A DNA stretch of 63,518 bases, the filler included, from Conidiobolus incongruus B7586 (lineage: Eukaryota): assembly GCA_000697335.1 (NCBI GenBank). It is 14 parts of 14 records of this genome, joined end to end, with 100 filler letters (N's around TTAATTAATTAA, not from the genome) between each part and the next. Parts side by side here need not be neighbours in the genome. Positions count along the whole stretch, not along the records: positions 54,697 to 62,069 come from JNEM01000241.1; positions 62,170 to 63,518 come from JNEM01000264.1; 12 more parts are not named here. The stretch is one strand, 5' to 3'. A program made the translations under genes and the position numbers. Shown here one piece after another: positions 55,198 through 63,518 of this stretch (position 1 is the stretch's first letter; each line of letters begins with the position of its first letter). The notes beneath the pieces were generated by a model. That model was not told the origin of the DNA, ran no database searches, and saw nothing but the letters and a program-made list of their open reading frames with translations.

Positions 55198-56262
55198 GAT
55201 CAATGATTATACCATATTTAAAATCTTAAAATACTGGAATTCATGATCAAATCTGTTTGTTGAAAAGAAACTTTTTGAAGGCAAATCTAAAGTGTCAGTA
55301 TCCAAGCCTTGAGAACTTGTTGGCAGAATGGTAGCTAAAGCTTCATGCAATATTATACTCGGAGATCGTCCATCAGAAGACGAAGTTATTGAAGCCTTTT
55401 ATAAATATTCACTTAAAATCGAACTGGCAACCTTCGCCAAGATTAAATATAAATAACCTATTATTGATAGATGGTATGCCAGATATTTGATAGGCAAAGG
55501 AGAGGTTCATGCTCCTTACAAAAAATTATTCCAGGAAAAAATAACTTAAGGAGCTGATATTAGAAAAAAGAATTGCTTGTTGAATATGAAATACCGAATG
55601 ATTTACTCCCAAAATTATTGGAGGATAGCTACACTCATAAAGAAAACTTCTTTCTTTGCTTATCTTTAGTATTCATATCCATTATGACCATTACCAATAT
55701 CTCATTTCTCGCTCTCTACAATATGCTTACTTATCTCGAATATCTTGAAGATTTATACCAGTAACAAATGGAAATCCAGAAAATTTATGGAGATCATATC
55801 AACTTTGACATATTAGGTCAGATACACTAATTGAACTGTTATTGGAGAATCTATGAGAATGCGCTTGAGAAGTATTACTAACTTCAGATACACTAAAGTG
55901 ACTGGGCTTTGAGCAACAGTACCATAATTTCAAAAAGTTCTTTCGTTGGAGCTAATTCCTTCTCTTTCTAACAATAACGATTTGTAAGATGGCAGTCATT
56001 ATGATCTAACATCTTTCCATTATGCTGCTTAGGAAGCTAGCTATTTAAGCTGAGCCTCAGAGCATCTCCTTCGGATTGGATCAGCATGCTTGCCCAGGTC
56101 AATTCCTTGATATTCAGGAAATCATGACCATTTTAGTCTATTTTAATGAGAAATTGCAAGATTTCCACTGAGGATGGTAAACCTCATCCTTGCAAAGTTA
56201 GATTTATTCCTTTTAATCTTCCCACAAGCGAGTTAATCGTTCTTACCAAACACGATACTTAA
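55196..56262 (+). pseudogene. 5'-truncated cytochrome P450 pseudogene, duplicate of 59320-60774
   Basis: Colinear with 59691-60774 and the start of its 3' UTR. It has many stops and frameshifts, and the heme region reads SFGLDQHACPGQF. Confidence 0.95.
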
Positions 56263-59200
56263 ATTTTTGAATGCATTTATCAATTGAAACAAATAAATTA
56301 ACATAAGTAATGATAATTTAATATTATTATAACTCATATATTGTAAAATTTATTTTATTAAACTCTAATCAGTTTCTCCAAACTTAATATTATTAAATTT
56401 TTTTCTTGTACAGCTTATTATTTGAAAATATTCTTTATTATCTATTAATTATTAAATCACTCAATTAAAATTTTCACACTGGATATAACTGTATGCAATA
56501 ATATGAATTGAATTCATTCTTGATTATTCATCATATTACTTATTAACCTTTACAATGAAATTTAGACTAATTGTTTATAGTTAAGCAAATTATTTTAGAA
56601 ATATTAGCTCAAATATTTTGAAAGAAACAATCAATATATAAAGTATCAATTATATATTCTATTCTTCTATATTTGAATGAAAATTCATTGAACCATATTT
56701 ATCATACAATAAAACAAGTTAACAGATATTTTAAATAAAGTTTTAATTTTAGTTTTATAATTCATAATATTGATTAGTATAATTCAGATTAATTAAAAAT
56801 ATGAAAATGTTTTTAAATTAAAGATATATAATTAGTTATTGAATATAGAGAAACAATACTTAATGATTATTAAATATATACTTGTCTAATATAAAAAAGA
56901 AAGAATTAATTAAAATATAACAAAAATTGAATATATACTATTAAAGATTATGAACACTTAATATTAAACAAGATGAATTGAAATTTTAAACTTTGAATAT
57001 TTGAGAGAAAAATTTCGAGCATATACAGTAAAAAAATTAAATTATTAATTTCCTCCATTAAGCTTTTTACACGATTACTTTGATCAATATAATCTTAATT
57101 ATTTTGGTAATAAAATCATGGTATCATCTTTATCCTTTAATTTAATTTTAGTACTAATAATGTATACTGATATTAAGAGAAATAATTATAAATTCCATTT
57201 TTTTGAGAGTTGGGTATTAAAATTCTAATATTTCTAAGATAAATCAAATATTTTAAAAGAAAATATAAATATGATAAATTGAAGTAAAGTTACAATAATT
57301 GTTCTTGATTATCATTTCCTAGCTTTTATTACAATTCTTTCTTATTTATTATGATTATGCGCAATACCTTTGGTTAAATTATGATTAATTGATTAAATAT
57401 AGAATTCTCAAATAATTGGATTGAATAACAATCGTTTTCATTTACAAGTAAAGAACTGAATGAATTATTTGTTGAAATTAACATTATTTGGTGTTTAGAA
57501 AATTCCAAATATTGATTTCGCTAAAATGATAGCAGCAGTTACATTTTTCTTGAACAATTATAGTTGTGAATAGAATTTACTTTAGAAAAATTATATACTT
57601 AGCACATTTGTTGGTCAAATATACTATGAGTTGTACTCTTTGCTATTAAATGAATCTTCTTTAAAAAAATTAATTTTGAGATACAGAATATACTTATTTT
57701 ATTCAATTTTTTTATAATATATTCATAAATTACTATTATATATTACTGTGCTTTATTATTCAATTAGTCATAATAAACTTATTAGTTAATTTTTTTAAAA
57801 TTAGTTATATATCAAAAAAAGTTATATCTAACAAAATTGATTAGCAAAGAATATTAAATCAACATTATATTTAAATAATAAAGATATATAAAATATCATC
57901 TTACTATAATCTTCATTCACTGAGATTGACCTATCTAAATGTTAATATATATGATATGGTATTTTTAGTATCAGGAATATAATTTATATTTAATTATGAT
58001 TATAACAGATGTAAATTGGCTGTGAAAATTATTAAATATACTTTAATATATTCAAAAAAAAGTTTAATTTTTCTGGATTTTAAATGATTTTATCGGTATA
58101 ACATTTTTAACAAACTATATAATTTCTCACGATTGATTTTTTTAATTCTTATAATTTAAGTATATTATCCTGATTTATTTGTAATAGTGAAAAGATGTTT
58201 GACGAAAACAAGTCTAGTTACCATATTCGGAATAAAAAATAACGTTGCCTTATTTGGAAGGGAGTAAATAATCTTCTCATTCAATAATACAAGATTTTTA
58301 GTACAGAAAAGCGATGTTTTAAAAATTACATAATGAGGAAGTTTTATAGATTAAAATATAATGTTTATAATTAATGGCCAGCAAATTTGTTAGAATACTT
58401 TTAATAAATAATTTTATATTATTGAATTTAGTCATAGTAATATTTTAAAAAATTCATAACCATTTAAATGTATTTTTTAAATAAAACTACCTAATTTATT
58501 CATTTTAAATTTACAATTAATATATACTTAGTTATTACTTAATAAATCACCAATAATCAAATTGGCTTCGAAGTGCAAATATTGAAAATATTCAAAAATA
58601 AGAAAATTATATCAGTTACTTCAGAATTTTAAGAATTTTTTTAAAATGTTTTTGAAAACCAAGTAAATCATTCATTTTATTTGAAAATACTGTCATTGAA
58701 AAATTAACTATTATATGGAATGTAAAATTCTGGCAAATAATAGGGGGCATGAATCTATTAAAATAGATAAAATTTAAAAAGGACTAGATAAAAAAATGTA
58801 TAAACAATTGTGGAGCCTTTAATCAATTCATCAAATTTATAATCAATCAATAGTTATTATATTTTGATCAAGTTAACCATTGAAATTACTGATTTAATTA
58901 CTTTCTTTGAAAAAAATTCTATTCATCTTTTATTATAGAATAGAGATTTTTTTTCATATTATATGAAATTATTATTCAAAATATTAATACTTATTATTTG
59001 ATATAAAATTTAAAATTATACAAACAAAAATTTGAATTTAAAAATTGATAAATAAGGATATAGAGTTTCTTTAACAAAAATTAATTTAGATTAGTTTGGA
59101 TATTACCAAAGTATACCCGATGAAAATTGATTGATTTGTTTAAAGTGAACTGGATTTCAATAAACTGGTTTTATTTAAAACCTGCACATTATTGGTGAAG

Positions 59201-59319
59201 ATTTTTAGAGAGATTATTTAGTAGAGAAATATTATAGCTGGTATTAGATGCTATATATAGATTGATTATCTCATCAGTTAAAACACATATTATTTGATTC
59301 ATTAGAATAACATAAAAAT

Positions 59320-60774
59320 ATGAGTGATAATTCCACATTACTAATTGCTGCAGCTGCTGCACTCCCATTATACTATATTATTAAACCATTATTTGGTAAA
59401 TCTCCTATTCCCCACGTTTCTGGCGGTCACTGGCTAACTGGTCACACTGATGTTATATTGAGCAATCCAGTTGATTTCATGCGCGAATGCAGAGAGAAAT
59501 ATGGTTCATTGTATAGCATCAATCACTTGGGCAAAAAAGTTGTTGTCTTTGGTAAAGAATGGATTGATGAATTATTTAAAAACAAGAACTTGGAATTTGA
59601 AGATGCTTTGAATGATTCATTCTTGATCCTTGAAACCATGGGAACCCATGCGTTGAGTCATCATCCCAAGCTCAATACTGCCAAAGTTGTTAGATCAATG
59701 ATTACTCCATTTTTGAAATCTTATAATACTAGAATTTATGATCAAATTAGTTTAATTGAAAAGGAAATTTTCCAAGGAAAAACTTCTGTGTCTATAGCTC
59801 AGCCCTCAGAACTTGTCCGTAGAATGGTAGTTAAAGCTTCATGCAATATTATGCTCGGAGATCGTCTTTCCGAAGACGAAGAAGTTATTGAAGCCTTTTT
59901 CAATTATCCTCTTAAAATAGAATTGGCAACTTTCTCCAATATTAAATATATTAAGTACCCTATCATTGGTAGATGGTATGCTAGACATTTGACAAATACA
60001 GAAAAGGTCTATGCTCCATACCAAAAATTCTTCCAAGCTAAGATAGCTGAAGAAGCTAAAGTTAGAAAGAAGGAAGAATCTGTTGAAGGGTATGAAAAGC
60101 CCAACGATTTACTTCAAAGATTATTGGATGATAATGCTACCCCTGATGAAATTGCACTTCTTTGCTTAGCTTTAGTATTCGCATCTATTATGACCACTAC
60201 CAACACTTCATCCCTTGCTCTTTATGATATGGTTACTAACCCCGAATACCTTGATGAATTATACCAAGAACAAGTAGAAATTCAAAAGACTTATGGGGAT
60301 CAACTCAATCCTGATATCATTGGTGAAATGCACAAACTAAACAGTTTTATCAGAGAATCTATGAGAATTCGCTTAGGAGGCATTACTAACTTCAGATACA
60401 CTAAAGATGACTGGACTTTGAGTAACGGTATCACAATTCCAAAAGGCACTTTCCTTGGAGTTGATTCATTCTCTCTCCACTATGATCACGAATTACAAGA
60501 TGGCAATCCCTACGACTTTGCACCTTTCCGTCATGCTGCTAAGGGCAAGTTAGCTACTAAAGTCGAACCTCAGAACATCTCCTTCGGATTGGGTCAGCAT
60601 GCTTGCCCAGGTCGATTCCTTGCTATTCAGGAAATTATGACCATTTTATCTATTTTACTCAGAAATTATAAGATTTCCACTGAAGATGGTAAGCCCCATC
60701 CATACAGAGTTAAGCCTATTCCTTTCGATTTACCTAGAGCTGAACCTATCGTTTTTACTAAGCGTGATGCTTAA
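59320..60774 (+). CDS. Cytochrome P450, intronless, 484 aa
   Basis: N-terminal membrane anchor, I-helix LVFASIMTT, ExxR (ESMR), FAPFRH (PERF-like) and heme motif FGLGQHACPG. Confidence 0.96.
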   Translation: MSDNSTLLIAAAAALPLYYIIKPLFGKSPIPHVSGGHWLTGHTDVILSNPVDFMRECREKYGSLYSINHLGKKVVVFGKEWIDELFKNKNLEFEDALNDSFLILETMGTHALSHHPKLNTAKVVRSMITPFLKSYNTRIYDQISLIEKEIFQGKTSVSIAQPSELVRRMVVKASCNIMLGDRLSEDEEVIEAFFNYPLKIELATFSNIKYIKYPIIGRWYARHLTNTEKVYAPYQKFFQAKIAEEAKVRKKEESVEGYEKPNDLLQRLLDDNATPDEIALLCLALVFASIMTTTNTSSLALYDMVTNPEYLDELYQEQVEIQKTYGDQLNPDIIGEMHKLNSFIRESMRIRLGGITNFRYTKDDWTLSNGITIPKGTFLGVDSFSLHYDHELQDGNPYDFAPFRHAAKGKLATKVEPQNISFGLGQHACPGRFLAIQEIMTILSILLRNYKISTEDGKPHPYRVKPIPFDLPRAEPIVFTKRDA

Positions 60775-63010
60775 ATTTCTTTAATCTCATCTATTAATTG
60801 AAACTAATATACATAATAAATAAGTATATATCATTATCATATAATTCACCCTTTACCAAATTATCATTTTTTTTCAACATAAATATATCTTATCTTATTT
60901 CCCTAGATACAATAAATACTCACAAAACATATCAGAATTTTTTTTCTATATATAACTTTAAACAATTATAATAACCTTCTTTCGAGTAGTGTTACCTTCA
61001 ATATTCCTAAATATTATAGCAATTTATATTCATATACACAAATTTTAATTGATTTTTTTTCATTCTATTTTAATAATATAGTAATTAATCATGAAGGTAA
61101 ATCAAAATAATTATAAATTAGTTAATATAATAATATTATAAATTCTAAATTTAATTTAAATACCTATTTTAATAATCATATTTTAAAATTTTGATTTTAT
61201 TCAGTAATTTATTATAAAATCCACCTATTACATCTTAAAAATTATATATCATAATATAATAAATAATCAATAATATAGAATTAATTATAATTTAGTTTTA
61301 TATTTTACATTAATATATTCTTTTATATTGAATATATAGTAATACTTAATCATGAATTGATTTCGTGAATATAAATTTTAATCAACTGAATCAAAATATA
61401 TTATCATATTACCATAATATAGCTCATCTTAACATTATTTACTTATAATATTTTGTAAAATTTAGTATATCTATATTGTTATAAAATCAATTCTTAAATC
61501 CAAATTTTTAATTCAATGTTAATTCATCAAATTTTATTATACAAGATAACTTTAAATCATTAATTTAATACATATTAATTATTATGGATATATGGCATTT
61601 TTTTATATTATGATTAATATATAAAACTTTTGATCCATATAAATAAGTATGTTCTCAAATATTCATTTTATATATTGAAATTTTATATAATTAAATCTAT
61701 TTTAATTAAGTTCCTTGAAATATTAGTTTACTATCAATTTTCCTATTTTAAACTATTAAGTAATTTAAAATTACAAAAATTAAAATACTAATAAAAAAAT
61801 AAAAAACTAGTTTTATTAATCCAATATTCTTATATTATAAAAATTTATTTGGTTAACTAGATATTTTATGATATATATTATTAACCTTATTAATATTGTA
61901 AAATAATTCTATATTATAATAATTATATTAATCATATTAATATTAATTATAATAAATCGTAATTTGATTTGAATTTTATTGAATTTTTATTCAAACTTTT
62001 AAATTTTAAATTCTTAATTTGAAATATTTATTCAATATATCATTGGATCTTAAATATTGATTAAGTTAANNNNNNNNNNNNNNNNNNNNNNNNNNNNNNN
62101 NNNNNNNNNNNNNTTAATTAATTAANNNNNNNNNNNNNNNNNNNNNNNNNNNNNNNNNNNNNNNNNNNNATTTTTATTAATTATTTAAAATTATTCAAAT
62201 ATTAACAATTCTTTAAATGGATTTAAATAAACAAAAATTAAATTTTAGCATGGTAAAGTTTAAAATAAATAAGTAAATATTAATATATATTAGAATTAAA
62301 TATATTGGCAAGATTTTATAAAAATATTAATTAAACTTTAAATAAGATATATTTATAGATATTAATTTAATTTATCAATTGGAATTCTATTGTTCTAAAA
62401 GTATTATGAACTTAATTGCAAGTGATAATTGAAAAAATATTAGTGGACAGAAGATAAGATATACAAAATAAAAGTGTATTAATTATTAATAATAGAGAAG
62501 CAATATAAATGAATGATAAATATTTGGTTATAAATTGAAGGAAATATAGCATTAAGGAGAGTAATATTAAGGCTTAATAATTTAATTGACTGAAAGTAAA
62601 TATAAAATAGAAATAATATTTATAAAATGAATAGAGTAATATATTGATTTTATTAGTGAAAATATATGTAAGTGTATAGTAAAGAGGAATTAATAAAATA
62701 GTGTGAAATTATTAAACATTAATTATATTGAGAAATGAGTAAGATGTTGATGAAAGAAATAATATGATATAAATATGCGCTAACTAAATAGTGATAAAAA
62801 TATTAATGCTTTGAGATGAATAAATATATAATATGTGTATTATAGTATATAGGAGCTGAGGATTGACATAGTGCAGGTGAACGAGAAATCTTCAGTGAGT
62901 AAATTGAAAAGGTCTTGGATATTTCTTATTATAACGTGTTTTACAGAGGGCCTATTTTATTGGTACCAGAAGTAAAAGCTCGCCAAATTTGAAAACCTGT
63001 TGGAATTTGT

Positions 63011-63518
63011 TTATTTGTTAAGAACAACACCATCATACTAGAAATAGTTAGTAATGAATAAAAAATATAAATAATTAAATTACCTTAGTCTTGAACCAGT
63101 TGAGGGCGTCAGCCTTAGTCAAACGGTGTTGGACACCAACTCTGGCGGTGGCTCTCTTACGACGAGAGACACGGAAACCAGGGCGACCTAAGACAACGAA
63201 GAAATCTAAACCGTAAATACCGATGGAGGGATCGTATTTGATACCCAAATCGATGTGTTCTTGAATACCGAAACCGAAGTTACCGTTGTTGGAGAAGTTG
63301 CGATCACGGAGTTCGTATTCCTTAACCTTCAAACCACGTTCTAAGATTTCTTCGGCCTTAGCACCACGGACAGTAACGTGGACAGCAATCTTTTCGTTAC
63401 GACGAATGCTGAAAGTTCTGATGGTAAGACGGGCTTTAGAGTAAACGGGAGTCTGACCAGTCAAAGCTTCCAAAACCTTAGCGGCACGGGTCAATCTGTC
63501 ACCAGATTCACCAACACA
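63011..63518 (-). CDS. RPL11: 60S ribosomal protein L11 (uL5), 5' part outside the window; exons >63518-63084 and 63037-63011
   Basis: [15 protein letters not shown]...[15 protein letters not shown]...[26 protein letters not shown]. The last exon YDGVVLNK* follows a GT-AG intron. Confidence 0.98.

Noticed and set aside
42049..60774. BVMO + MADS factor + P450 as a biosynthetic gene cluster
   Set aside because: There is no backbone synthase or transporter, the genes are far apart and separated by gaps, and Mcm1 is a general regulator.
1..63518. tRNA, rRNA, CRISPR arrays or prokaryotic systems
   Set aside because: None were recognised. The sequence is spliceosomal-intron-containing nuclear DNA.

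Overview
Eukaryotic, extremely AT-rich scaffold segment, most likely from an early-diverging fungus (Conidiobolus/Entomophthoromycotina-like). The lineage is inferred from the protein sequences, the ~45-60 nt GT-AG introns and base composition. Thirteen 100-nt gaps each carry an artificial TTAATTAATTAA linker, so adjacency across gaps is uncertain. Intact genes rebuilt by hand across introns: histone H1, Pet191/COA5, a possible Rrn10-like protein, ribose-5-phosphate isomerase, a Sac7/Bag7-like RhoGAP, NOG1, a Baeyer-Villiger monooxygenase, an Mcm1/SRF MADS-box factor, a cytochrome P450 and the 3' part of RPL11. The ORF track misses several things: an intron-containing CDK10/11-like kinase pseudogene, a 5'-truncated P450 pseudogene whose break is a mariner end at a TA, two Tc1-family relics with IR/DR termini, five mariner relics, a candidate LTR and a GAAA/UUCG double hairpin. 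The strongest signal is that the long transposon copies are stripped of C and G by C>T and G>A changes in many dinucleotide contexts, while the tandem P450 duplication and a short mariner fragment are not. This suggests a transposon-targeted hypermutation defence that behaves differently from classical RIP. That reading is an inference and needs alignment statistics.
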